From Podarcis erhardii (Eukaryota), in assembly GCA_964252035.1 (NCBI GenBank), contig OZ176205.1: DNA of 64,000 nt; one strand, given 5' to 3'. The notes under the pieces were generated by a model. That model was not told the origin of the DNA. It made no database searches and saw only the letters and a list, made by a program, of their open reading frames with translations. Within the stretch, counting starts at the first letter, position 1, and the number at the start of each line of letters is the position of its first letter. The position numbers and the translations under genes were made by a program. This document shows positions 50,601-62,940 of this stretch, one piece after another.

Positions 50601-52511
50601 ACAAGTGAACACTGTTAAATAGATACACTGGTGGACAATTAGCTAATTTTCCATACATTGATTAGGCTAAATCCTGTCATGGGTCTTTCTGTGTTCTTAA
50701 GTTTACCTGAATGGTAGCATTCTTGGGCTCATTTTCAATGTAAAGGTTAATTACTTTCATTTTTTAAGAAAAACCATTGGGATGAATTTTCTGTGCACAA
50801 TGGATTATAAAAGGCACATGCCACAACGATAAAGAATTGAAATAAGCATTTTTCCCATGAGTGGTACGTCCTTGCTCAGTGCTGATAGCTGATAATAAAA
50901 GGAATGGGTTAGTGACTTGACTTATTGCTGTTGTCCATGACCCTTTGTGTGGAATGAGTCTTCACTTTTAATAAAGATGTTGTCACCATTCTTTGCAAAG
51001 CAGATATTACATTCCAGTTCAAGTGAGAGCTAGACATGTTAAACACCCAATTGTTATTCTTGGCTAGTTCAATGCCACACTGAGACAAAGATGAAAAATT
51101 ACACTGCAGAATTGTAGAATATCTCTCAGACCCATACAAGGGGGTGGGGGGAACCCTGCAATTAATTAAGGGTCTAGGCTAACTGTATCATGGAAATGTA
51201 AAGCCAGTAATAAAATGTTTCTCGCTTTATCTCTTCTTGTTGAGTCACAGCATTGCAAAGTTGCCTTGCAGTATAATACATGTACCACAGCGCTGTGAAA
51301 TGTCTACAAATGTCTTGGCATAAGAAGTTGATTTAACGCAAGCCAACTGGGCTAGGTTTCAGGTTTATTCTTTGAATTAGCTGTGTTAGAATCGCTAGAG
51401 AAAGAGAAAACGTGGAAAAACAGAGAAGATTTTGAAGTGGCATTTTATGGGACAAATTATTGTTATGAAAAACACGCTGGTTTGAATGTGTTCTGAATCT
51501 CGTTCTGCTTAAGCATGGGATTGCCTTATAGAAAAGCTGGGCGTCAACCTAATTTAAATAGCAACAGGTGACAATGCAGAGATGGACTATGGTAACATGA
51601 CGCCCTGTGCAAGGCCAAAACTGAAAAGCCACCTCCCTGCCCTTGCGGTGCCTTCCTTTGGGAAGGAGGCACAAGGGTTTGGCAAGGTCCTAGAGCCTCC
51701 AACCTCCTTGCGAAAGCTGGGCAAGCACTAACTGGGCTTGGGTGCAGGGGCAGTGCACCTGGGGTAGTCACACTGCCCTAAATCCACCTCTGGAGACTGG
51801 CACTCCCACCCCTGAGTGGGGATGCATCGGCCACACTCTGATTCTGCTATGAAGATGACTCAGGTTGATTTATCCCAGGAATTGGGGCTAGGCATATGGT
51901 GGCCAGCTGTCCATTGAAGAAGGGCCAGGAACCTGGATTTATACGATGGCTCCACCTCAAATTCTCCACTTGTCTTTGTAGCGACAACTCTCCCTTTGCC
52001 GTGTGGTCTTTGCTAGTTGCTTATTTGGGGGCTAAGCAAGATTTTATTTAGGGGAAGCCTGTAATTGGTGTGCTGACTCTTCTTCTTATATCCACTTCAC
52101 ACTACTTAAGTTTTTGTTTGTTTTGAGAGGTGTTTTTGCTGGTTGGTTTAATTGGCTTTTAGTCCAGGCAGGAGAGGTGGTCTTAAAGAACAAGTTGGGT
52201 AAATACCTGAGGCATGATTCGGTTAAGGGCACTCTTGGGTCACCTTCTACTGCCTTGGTTTTTGGTGTCCTTGAGGGGGCACCTTTAGGCTTGACATATG
52301 CATCAAAGTGAACTCTGGCCAGTAGGACCACAGTGTGCTTGTGCCCTATACCCAAAGTTTTTGTAGCAAAGAGTAAGAGGTTCCTTCTATTCATTTGCTG
52401 TGAGGCAATTGGTTAATTGGTTTTTCAGGTCCTCTATGTTATTATACTTTAATAATTATAACCTTTTCCCCTCCACAATTATGTAACCCCCCCCCCAAGT
52501 TTAACCAAGGT

Positions 52512-52988
52512 TTGTTGTTGTTGTTTAGTAGTTTAGTCGTGTCTGACTCTTCGTGACCCCATGGACCAGAGCACGCCAGGCACTCCTGTCTTCCACTGCC
52601 TCCCGCAGTTTGGTCAAACTCATGTTTGTAGCTTCGAGAACACTGTCCAACCATCTTGTCCTCTCTCGTCCCCTTCTCCTTGTGCCCTCCATCTTTCCCA
52701 ACATCAGGGTCTTTTCCAGGGAGTCTTCTCTTCTCATGAGGTGGCCAAAGTATTGGAGCCTCAGCTTCACAATCTGTCCTTCCAGTGAGCACTCCGGGCT
52801 GATTTCCTTAAGAATGTATAGGTTTGATCTTCTTGCAGTCCATGGGACTCTCAAGAGTCTCCTCCAGCACCATAATTCAAAAGCATCAATTCTTCGGCGA
52901 TCAGCCTTCTTGATGGTCCAACTCTCACTTCCATACATTACTACTGGGAAAACCATGGCTTTAACTATACGGACCTTTGTTGGCAAGG
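52512..52988 (-). mobile_element. BovB LINE 3' fragment with 11-bp TSD
   Basis: ORF 52525-52986 (KVRIVKAMVFPVVMYGSESWT..RWLD..GVTKSQTRL) with a CAA tail; TTAACCAAGGT at 52501-52511 and 52989-52999. Confidence 0.93.
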
Positions 52989-53541
52989 TTAACCAAGGTA
53001 CTTACTGGTAATCATAGGGGTTGGGGGGTTGGGAAGAGAACCTGAGGGAATGTAAACCACTGGAAGAGGAGGGCAGCAAGATTCCTCAACTATGTGTCTC
53101 TTTAGCTATAAAAAATTATCCCAGCCTCACTTCCATATGATTGGTGCACCTTTGTCTTTAAATGTAGCAAGTTGCCAGTGTGCTGTGTTTTTTGATGTGT
53201 GAGCATACACTGTATGCCCAGAGTTCAACCATTGCTTGTTAAATATAATGGTGTAGTTAACACTGAAATGAGAATGTCTAAGTGTGTATCGGTGAAACGG
53301 TTTAACATGAGGGCGTTCCATGAGGCTATATTGAAAGCAATAAGAGCTCTCTCTGAGCTGTAACTAGTTAATGATTACCTGTTGGTTGTTTTGCTACTCT
53401 GTGCCGAGCATGAACCTTTGATCCTGTGATACTGAGTTGCAAATTCGCCATCTTGAAAGGGTGGTGGCTGTTAGTCTCTCTGAATGCATAGCCTAAGGCC
53501 AATGGAGGCTGGAATGCAGGCTGGAATGGTGGAGAGAAATA

Positions 53542-53774
53542 CAGTGGTTACGTACCACCTCCCTTACGAATGCTTCGGGTTACGCTTTCCACTAACCCGG
53601 AAGTAGATGCCCCTTGTTGCAAACTTTGCCCCAGGATGCGAGCAGAAGTCGTGCTCCAGCGGCGCAACAGCAGCGAGAGGCACCATTAGCGAACGTGCAC
53701 CTTGTGTTATGAGTGGTTTCCGGTTATGGACAGACCTCCGGAACAGATTAAGTTCGTAACCAGAGGCACCACTG
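53542..53774. mobile_element. Tc1/mariner (Tigger-like) MITE, related subfamily, with TA duplication
   Basis: TA|CAGTGGT...GAGGCACCACTG|TA; internal CTAACCCGGAAGTA and ATTAAGTTCGTAACC are shared with the other copies. Confidence 0.8.
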
Positions 53775-55799
53775 TAGTCTGGATTTTTGGAATCGTTTAA
53801 TTTAAACAAGATGCTGAGCCTGTGCTGGATAGCACAATGCAATGTATGGATATTTTGGCTGCATTGTTGACGCTTATGTTCTGTTTTTGAAGAGCTCTGC
53901 AAGTAAAAATTTGAATAATATATTTGATGGACCTGGACAATGACTTCTTCCAAAAGGATTTAGTTCTTACACTTCCAGTCACTTCACACTGCACAATATT
54001 AACATCTGCAACATGCAGCAAGTCGCCATTGTGCTGTTTTTAGAAACAATAGCCTACACTTTATGCATTGCTGAAGCACCGCTTCCCAGGAGATGCAATC
54101 AAGGAGCAATGGAGACAGATGCGATGGGAGATGGTTGTACATGTTTTGTTTCTAATAATAAACAGTTTAGACTTAACCTGTGGCTTAGTTGCAAGAAACC
54201 ACAGTGCTGCCTAATCTAGTGCTAGTGCTACCACTGCTTCTGGAGAGTATATGCCCCTGAATATCAGTGGCCAGGAATCATGACTAGGAAGAGTGCTGTT
54301 GCACTGAGGTCCTTTTTGAGGTTTTCCCATGGGGATCAAGTTGGCCACTCTGAGAACATGGATGGGTCATTGACTTGATCCAGCAGGATCTTATGATGTC
54401 CTCTTTTTCCAGGACACCTCCTCTTTCTCATGGGCAGTCACCATAGCAATCCACAGTTAAAAACAGAAGTTGGCATGTGTCTTCTTTTTTGCTCTTCAAA
54501 ATATGGCAACCCTACTTTAACCAATGCATACCCTTTGAACTTTGTCAAAGCTCAATATCTGCTATATGATTTAGCTTGTGAGCAGGTTCTCCTTGCTGGT
54601 TTAATTTGCTTTGATATCAATTTCTGGTCTTTTATTTGATGCACCTTAAATTATTTTTCCCCGCCTTACTCTTTTCTATTTAGCCAGACATGGTAGAGTT
54701 TCTTCTCTTTCCACTTTTCTACAGGTTCTCTAAAGAAGTTCTGAAAGAGGCAGAGATGTTTGTGATATCTTTTCAAATAATGAAAAATAGGATTTCACTT
54801 CATGAAATTTCAGGACTGAAAAAAGCAGCCGCACCATCATTACGGCTGGTGCTAAAAGAAACCTGGTTTAGGAATGAGACACAAAGCATGAAACTGCATA
54901 CTTCTGTTTGAAGGTTGCCTCAAACATCTGAGTCTGATTGTGGACAAACACATGAAAGATTTGTGGGGAAGAAAGCATCCTGATTTATCAGTTGCTGCCC
55001 TTCCCATGCAGACTTGGTTTCTGACTGATTCAATAGAAACTGTTAATTGCAATTTGTGGCTGGGGGGGGGGTGAATCATCAAAACGATCCATCTGTAGAA
55101 ATATGCATAACTTGGAAAAAGCTGGTCTTCTGTGGCTTATCCACGCACTCCAAACTGGAGATAGATGATGAAACTGTTTTCTGGAGTGCTCTGGTGGGTT
55201 TTGCAGGCAGGGAAATCAAATGTCAGTTTGTGGATGCGATGCCATGTGCTGGAGGAGCGTCTGTGTCAATAAGACATAGCGATGTGTGCCCAAACGAGCA
55301 ACTGTTTCAAAACAGCATCAGAGCCATCGCTTGGCATCACCTACACGTTGGTGGATGAACCATGTGGTAATTAATCAATAAGCATTTGATTGAATTAATT
55401 TCCCCAAACATGCAAGCTATTAAGCTACGATGTAAAAGCATTTAGAACATAATTTGGTAATAATGAATGGAAAATGTGCTGCTATTTTTTATTTTTTTGA
55501 AGAATTATTATTTTTTTATAATCAGATGGAGGAAATATTTCAAAACATTTTGCTGAAAATTCACTAGGGACAAACCATATATCTGCTGTACTGGAGGAGT
55601 GCTTATTATTTGTTTGCTTACTCATTACGGGAACAAGGTGTTGAGCAAGCTCTTTATTTCTATTAAATTACAATGAGGAAAAGACGGTGCAAAGTTACTA
55701 ATCTGCAAGCTGGAGAGAGAAAACCTAAATTTAAATTGAGCCCCCAAAGCTGCTATATGCTACAAGGGTGGGGAGAAATATACCAGCACCATACAATGA

Positions 55800-56358
55800 A
55801 TGAATGAATGAATTTATTAATACGGCCGCAAATATGAACTAACACCTACTGTATCTCATTTACAGTCTATATGAAAATACACGGGTCCGGGTAAGGTGTG
55901 ACCGACAGGGCCACCTATCCAAGGAAATCCAAATCCATCGGGGGTTAGGCAAAGATGTGTCCTTGCGCCTACCTTATTTAACTTCTATATCAACTCGCTA
56001 GTAGGAAATATGGAGAAAGAAAGTGTCCACCCCCCCAAATTGGCTGGTACGCCCCTCCCAGTCCTTTTATATGCGGATGACACAGTTTGAATTTCTTTTT
56101 CTTGTGTTGGACTAAGAAAACTTTTGAGATCTTTTACCAAATACTGCAGCATTGAACAACTAACAATTAACTACAACAAATCCAAAGTCATGGTGTTCTC
56201 TAAAAAAAGGAGGAGGCACAAATGGAGAATTGACAATCGCCCAATAGAACAGGTAGCAACCTTTAAATACCTGGGTGTAACCTTCCAGGAAAGGGGCTCC
56301 TGGCGTTTTCAGATTAATAATACTATTGCAAATGCAGAAAGATCTACCAAAGCGACAG
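55800..56358. mobile_element. 5'-inverted non-LTR retroelement insertion (RTE/RTEX-like RT; clade tentative) with 15-bp TSD
   Basis: The plus-strand RT fragment reads LIYSLYENTRVRVR..HRG/VRQRCVLAPTLFNFYIN..LLYADDTV*IS..GLRKLL..INYNKSKVMVF..FKYLG. A minus-strand tail AATAAA(TTCA)n occupies ~55800-55830. AGCACCATACAATGA occurs at 55785-55799 and 56359-56373. Confidence 0.85.
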
Positions 56359-56725
56359 AGCACCATACAATGATTATTATAGAATGGAACATGCATCTCC
56401 TAAGGTATTTATTTTGGTAGACCCTTCAGAGCCAAAGCAAATTGTGTAATGTGGTCCCATTTATATCATTGTGTCTGAAGTTGATTTGATCATTTTGGGT
56501 GTCCCATAAGATCAGAAACTACTGCTAAATCTAGAAGAAATAGTGGAGAAGAGTTAACCACCTCATACGATGAGGATTCTTCAGAAGGACCACTCCCCCC
56601 AGTATCAACCATCTCAGACCCTACAACCAGTAGGGGAGGCCTTGTTGGTGATGCCACCTCTAATGTCTCCTGTTTGATGTTGATTCATGACTGGACCACC
56701 TCAGTGGTGGTTCTCCATTTGTGGG

Positions 56726-56727
<2 letters not shown>

Positions 56728-56785
<58 letters not shown>
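56728..56785. repeat. Compound (CT)n(CA)n microsatellite
   Basis: Direct reading. Confidence 0.85.
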
Positions 56786-56786
<1 letters not shown>

Positions 56787-58635
56787 CCCAGGTGAGCTGT
56801 GTCTGTCTGTTCACAGAAATTTAAAGATATTTCCATTTAGTCAGCATTTGATGGTTGTGAGTTTCTGGCCATGGTCACTAAAGTAATAACTGTGAGGATA
56901 TTTAGATGTTTTATATGGTTTATGTTTGTTTTTTAAAAAATGCTTTGCATTTATTTTTTTTAATCTCAAATTGCAGTGTTTTAACATCTTGATGTTTGCT
57001 GCTCTGGGCTCCTTTGGGAGAAATAAATAATAGTGATCTATTTCCATATCCAAGCTGAAAGCAAGATGGCATGAGTTAAGATAGTGCATTTCATTCTGGA
57101 AAGTACAAAACTGGCCTGCCACCACAGACCCAATTTACTTCCCTAGATTTGGATCCTAACACTCTACTCAGAGATGTCAAGGTTTTCAGCTATTCTGATG
57201 ATTCTTAGAAAGGGGAAGATGACTTAGAGCTACTGTATAAATGCCAAGTTAACCACCCATTCTAGAAGTCATGGGCATCAGTCATTGGCCAAATAAGATA
57301 ACGCCAACATTAGATAATTCTCAAGACCAGTGGTGAGATATGTACGACCATACTAGAAATGATATGTAAAAATATCTGACATTCTAAGGCTCCATCTCTC
57401 CAGTGTGAGCCAATGGCCATGACCATTTTAATAGATGGACCATATTATTATTATTTTTAAAAAAAACATTTTGAGAGAAAAAGCATGGCATTAGATTCCC
57501 TTCTGTTAAACTCATATAGGGAAATCAGTGCATCTTTATGCCTTGTGCTTTTGTTGCAACACAATATTTTTCAGTGTGCCTTTGTGTGATTGAATCAAGG
57601 GAATAGATTTCTAATGGCATAATAGCCAATCTTACAAAATTAGCCCATTCCTTCTGATACCTAGTTACTCCAATAATCCTTCCCCCCACCCTGCATATTA
57701 TGAAATAGAATATGAGGATAAAGTGTAAGTCATGCCAGACTTCTGCATGATAACAGAAAATGCTAGCATCAATATAAATTCTGCACATAATTTGCATAAT
57801 GGAGCATCTGTCATTCTGAATGTTTAGATAAATGGATGGTTAAAAGATTTGTCACACATACTACTTTTGCTTTGTATGTGTAACATATTCCTATTCAACA
57901 TAAATTGCTGTATGGCATTGATGTCAGCAATAAATGGTGCAAAAAACAACAACAACAAAAACATGTAGAGAGCACAGAAATTAGAACATCCAGCAATAAA
58001 CAATATGAAAGAACTTTGTTATTTATCTCCAACATTAGGACCATTAAAAATTGAAGAAGTGCTGTGATTTAATTTGTCTTTTCTCTAGAATATTGATCCT
58101 CATTTTCCACTAAGTAGACCTTTTGGTCTGCAGCTCTACACGGAAAATTAATCTGCATAATGTTTTTCATATATATAAGCTTGCTTGCTGAAGAGTGAAT
58201 GTCTGTTTGGTAACATTATGGCCTTCTCCATGTCTCTATACCTCAGTATGGTAAGGTATGATGTAAATTATAATTGGAACAAGGTGGCACAAATGTGCAG
58301 ACCAGTATGGCTTTGCAAGATAAATTAATGTCAGCAATGATCCAAGAAAACATTTAAAATTGTACCTCATCTACACGTACCAATGCAAATTACAGTATTA
58401 TTAAGTTCAGAGTACAAATATGCTACAAAAGAAAATGAAAGCATAACTTTCAGCTCAGAACTTTCTGTGCCATATTACAGTCATTCTGGTCACTGATCAT
58501 TTCTTGATTTTTGTCAGGCAAAAAGGGGCAAAATGGTGGAAGCAGTCGGGAAGGACAATCACAGCAAAGAGAATGTTAACGTCTGCATATCCTTTTTCCC
58601 CATTTCACTTTTAATTTGTATACTACCTTTCTATA

Positions 58636-58988
58636 GGGACATGGGTGGCGCTGTGGGTTAAACCACAGAGCCTAGGGTTTGCCGATTAGAAGGTCGGTGG
58701 TTCGAATCCCCGCGATGGGGTAAGCTCCCGTTGCTCGGTCCCTGCTCCTGCCAACCTAGCAGTTTGAAAGCATGAAGTACAAGTATATAAATAGGTACCT
58801 CTCCGACGGGAAGGTAAACGGTGTTTCCATGCACTGCTCTGGTTCTCCAGAAGCGGCTTAGTCATGCTGGCCACATGACCCAGAAGCTGTATGCCGGCTC
58901 CCTTGGCCATTAAAATGAGTTGAGCGCCGCAACCCCAGAATTGTCCTCTACTGGACCTAATGGTCAGGGGTCCCTTTACCCTTTACCG
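58636..58988 (+). mobile_element. Full-length Sauria SINE with 12-bp TSD
   Basis: GGGACATGGGTGGCGCTGTGGGTTAAACC head; TACCTTTCTATA at 58624-58635 and 58989-59000. Confidence 0.9.
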
Positions 58989-59317
58989 TACCTTTCTATA
59001 TTACTATACAGTAGGCTGTTTACAGCAACAAAATACACAACAAAGAACACACACCTTATAATCTGATCCAATTTAGAAAGTCATAATAAACCATTATAAT
59101 GCATGGGCACAGACAGATACATGCATATTAATTTAGCTTTAGCATGGATATCCTCTTTAACTTAAGAACTTGGTTTTGCATTGCTTGAAGCACCCCTCAC
59201 TAAAACTATCTGGTTATTAAAGAAAGAAAACATTTCTTTTTTCCAAAAACACTTGTGTTCTGCCCATGGATTTGCAGCCTTATTTGTGACCACACATAAA
59301 GGCAAGACACAAAAGGT

Positions 59318-59446
59318 NNNNNNNNNNNNNNNNNNNNNNNNNNNNNNNNNNNNNNNNNNNNNNNNNNNNNNNNNNNNNNNNNNNNNNNNNNNNNNNNNNN
59401 NNNNNNNNNNNNNNNNNNNNNNNNNNNNNNNNNNNNNNNNNNNNNN
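59318..59446. other. Assembly gap (129 N)
   Basis: Run of N. Confidence 1.
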
Positions 59447-60119
59447 TAAAGTGTGGGATCTAACTAATAACCAAGCAGTGGTCCAGGAGTTGGCCTTCCT
59501 CTGCCCCATTCCTTAAGCACCACCCAATCAGGTGAGTAGGGAGGCCTTCCTGCCACACCCCCTCCCAGGTCCCCACAACTCCATACAGATGTTGCAGGTT
59601 GGCACCAAAGGTGCTCTTTAACCATGCTAGTAAGCTCTGAAGGCAGGTCTTGGGTCTACACCTTCAAAGATGCTTACGGGTGTTCACCAAAACTTAATTA
59701 TATCCTAAGTTCCCACACCTACCTGTCACTGTGGCCAATTAACCAATTTAAGCACAACCCCTGCTAAATCTACTCACCAGTGGAGGACTTTGGGGTCTCA
59801 AATTTCAGGGGCACCCTGTGTGATGCCAAGATTTGTGCCCAGTGCAACAGGCCACACTCCTCTAAATCCGATTCTTCGATCACCACTATGCCAATACAGA
59901 GCGGGAGGGGGGCAGTAAAGCCAATAAGCTGGCAAGCAAAACTTCCTACTTGGCCTCACTCCACGCCAACCAGCCATTGCCTATACTACCAGCAGCATTG
60001 GTAGCCCAACAAATCTTTTTATTTCTCTCCTGTTTGTTCTGCTTCTAAAATGAATAATAGAATATCATCAGCATGCAATTGTATTGATGCTTGCAATAAC
60101 TGAAATTGGTCCCCCCTAC

Positions 60120-60136
60120 AGACACACAGACACACA

Positions 60137-60171
<35 letters not shown>
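60120..60171. repeat. (CA)n / (CAGA) microsatellite
   Basis: Direct reading. Confidence 0.85.
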
Positions 60172-60172
<1 letters not shown>

Positions 60173-62213
60173 AGAGAAGCTGTATCTTCCACTTGAATCT
60201 TCTGCGTAATTTTCAGTAGCCATAGCAATAAGGCCAAAAGAAAGGTGGCAATCCTGTTTAGTTCCCTGATGTAATTAAATTGGTTTCAAAATGTCCCACT
60301 TCCTGCACATTCTAGCTACTAATCTGGTGTATAACTGCACACACTCAAGCTCCTGAGGGCTAAATTTAATTTAAGAGAAGCTCCTATAGAATCTAATACC
60401 GAGAAGGAAGGAAATAGCACTTCTTGCTGACGCTATTACTTGGAAAATCTTCTACCATTATTACTTTTAAAGGCGGTCTGTATTTAAAATCAAATCCTAC
60501 AAAATCAGATCATGTCTTGTATACACATGCAATCATTTTATTGTCTAATTTATTATTTATTATTTTTTGTGTATCTTGTCAAGCCTTTGAGGTTTTCACA
60601 AAATAAATCCATATAATCACACACTATTTTTCAAAAACTAGTTGCTCCCCCTCCCTCTCAAATTTCTGCAAAACGTTGTTCATCCATAATTAAGCCCAGA
60701 TATGTTCCATTTCTGATTCTCAACACTTAGATGATTTTACATTTTTTGCCATAAATATATATAGAATACTATTAAAATGAGCCTTACAATTGTAATAAGT
60801 AGACTGTTTAGAATGAATGCCCAGGTTCACCGTCTGCTTGATATTCCTCATGTACTTTGAGTGCCCATAGGGTTATCTGGAAATATAATCTGCAGTATAC
60901 ATTTAATCATGCTCTCAAGGAAAACTGAATTAGATAGGGTCACTTCTTCCCAGTCTTCTTCCAAATAATCTTATGTCATTTCCCCTGAAGAACTGTTTTA
61001 AATCTTCTTAATGTTCACAGCATCCCGGAGACAGTGTATTTTAAGCCACACTTTTTCTCATGAAAGGGTTTGAAATTCATCTCTGAAATATATACATCTT
61101 CATCCTTTCATTCCTTAGACTCTCACTCAGGTTTTGATGCTATTCTCTCTTTTAATACCATTATTTCCTCAGAGAATCTCATTTGTTTATACCGTATTTT
61201 TCATTACCTTTGCAAGCAGCTGACTCCAAATCATTAAACTCATTTCGGCATGATTCAGTACAGAGCATTAACATTTTGTGGGATTGTCCTACCGATATAC
61301 CTTCCTGGATTCACTGAGGCTGAAACAGTTCAAATGTTCATCAAAGAAATTTAAAGAGCCAACCTACTCTTCAGGTGTAGTTGCAAATTCAGTTGTTGGC
61401 TCAGAATTATTTTCCAAATGGAAGACAAAGGACTTGTCGACACTGCAACTTATTGAAGCTAACACTGAAAGAGTGCTGATTTGTCTTGCAGATTCTGGAG
61501 CTTGGCTGGGGAAACTTTTGATAGAGAAACCCTAAAAAGAATGTCAGTCTTAAAACCATAGACCTAAAGCAGTTTATTGCAGTGAAAATATGAATAGTTT
61601 CGATTCATGGGTTTGATATTTGGTGGTTACCAGAAATAAAGCTGGAAGTCGATGGTACACAGTGCTGAAGCACCAGTACAAGTTGAGCTGGTGGGCTCCT
61701 GATACTGGAGTGATTTCTTCCTAGTTAGTCTGACCCAGTCTCTTGTTGACAGAAACACCTATAAAGGGTCCTTTGAATGTTGGGACTCTGTCTGGGCACT
61801 GTTCATTTTTCCTGGTTTAGACACTTGGCTTGCTTGCTGGTTCTAACTCCATGGGTGTGATTCCTGGCTTGAACTCTTGGTTCCTGGCTCCCCACTCCAT
61901 AGCTCAGCTCATGGTGAAGCTGTTGATAGGGAAACTACACTTGATTATGCCTTTAGATTGCAGGAGTTACCAAGCATATTGAGCCAGTGGGCACATTTGG
62001 CATTTTGAGAAAGTGTCATGTGCACCAGTCATAACAGGGCTGCCGCTGGGGTGTGTGTGAGAGAGAACAAAATGACTGCCACATCTAAAAGAGCAGAGCA
62101 AGAGAGAAGGCCACAAAATGGCACAGACACTCCTCTCTCATCAGCTACCACCCACCATCAATGGAAACAAAAGGCTCTACATAGGTGCACTCACAGAGAG
62201 AAGCCTTTGTACC

Positions 62214-62459
62214 AGCCAGCGTGGTGTAGTGGTTAAGAGTGGTGGACTCATAATCTGGCAAACCGAGTGCCTACACATGCAGCTACTGGGTGACCTTGGG
62301 CTAATCACACTTTTCTGAAGTCTCTCAGCCTCACTCACCTCATAGAGTGTTTGTTGTGGGGGAGGAAGGGAAAGGAGATTGTTAGCCACTTTGAGACTCC
62401 TTAAGGGGTGTGAAAGGCAGGATATCAAGTCCAAACTCCTCTTCCTCCTCCTCTTCTTC
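62214..62459 (+). mobile_element. Squam3-like SINE, older diverged copy
   Basis: Collinear with 8785-9034 but with many substitutions and an internal deletion. Confidence 0.82.
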
Positions 62460-62503
62460 AGGGTGGATGTCCAGTCCTGGCATCCGCTGAAATGTGGACA
62501 CGC

Positions 62504-62884
62504 CCAAAAATGGCCCCAAAATGGAAACAAGAAGAATTACCAACAATGGAAGAATGGAGAATGAAATTAATGGACTACGTGGAACTTGACAAATTGACAG
62601 GAAGGATCCAAAACCGGCGGGATCAGAAGTTCACCAAGGACTGGAGTAAATTTACAGACTATTTGAAAAGTATTTGTGACAATCAGACAACGTTTGTAGG
62701 TTTGCAAGAAGCTCTGTGAAGAATTAATATTAGAAATATTGTAAAAATGAAAAAGAAGTTAGGATATGTTATAAATATAAGACAATATTAAGTTAGGAAA
62801 TGCGTAAGAAGTGATTAAGACGGAGGATTATGAGAGGGGCTGATGGAAGTCCAATAAGAATGTATTTATGATGAATTGTGTGGT

Positions 62885-62940
<56 letters not shown>
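62504..62940 (+). mobile_element. 5'-truncated L1 from a more diverged subfamily, with 16-bp TSD and (TA)n end
   Basis: Encodes PKWKQEELPTMEEWRMKLMDYVELDKLTGRI..DWSKFTDYLKS, homologous to the ORF2 end. TGAAATGTGGACACGC occurs at 62488-62503 and 62941-62956. Confidence 0.85.

Noticed and set aside
51840-52430. Possible LTR or retroviral remnant
   Set aside because: No terminal dinucleotides with TSD, primer-binding site or protein motif could be identified.
59162-59516. ORFs spanning the N run
   Set aside because: Artefacts of the assembly gap.
59447-60010. Possible second DIRS/Ngaro terminal region next to the gap
   Set aside because: Only a vague resemblance to the 5461-5740 segment, with no coding motifs, and the gap hides the context.
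61700-61930. Possible solo LTR (TATAAA, pyrimidine-rich tract)
   Set aside because: I could not define boundaries or a TSD.
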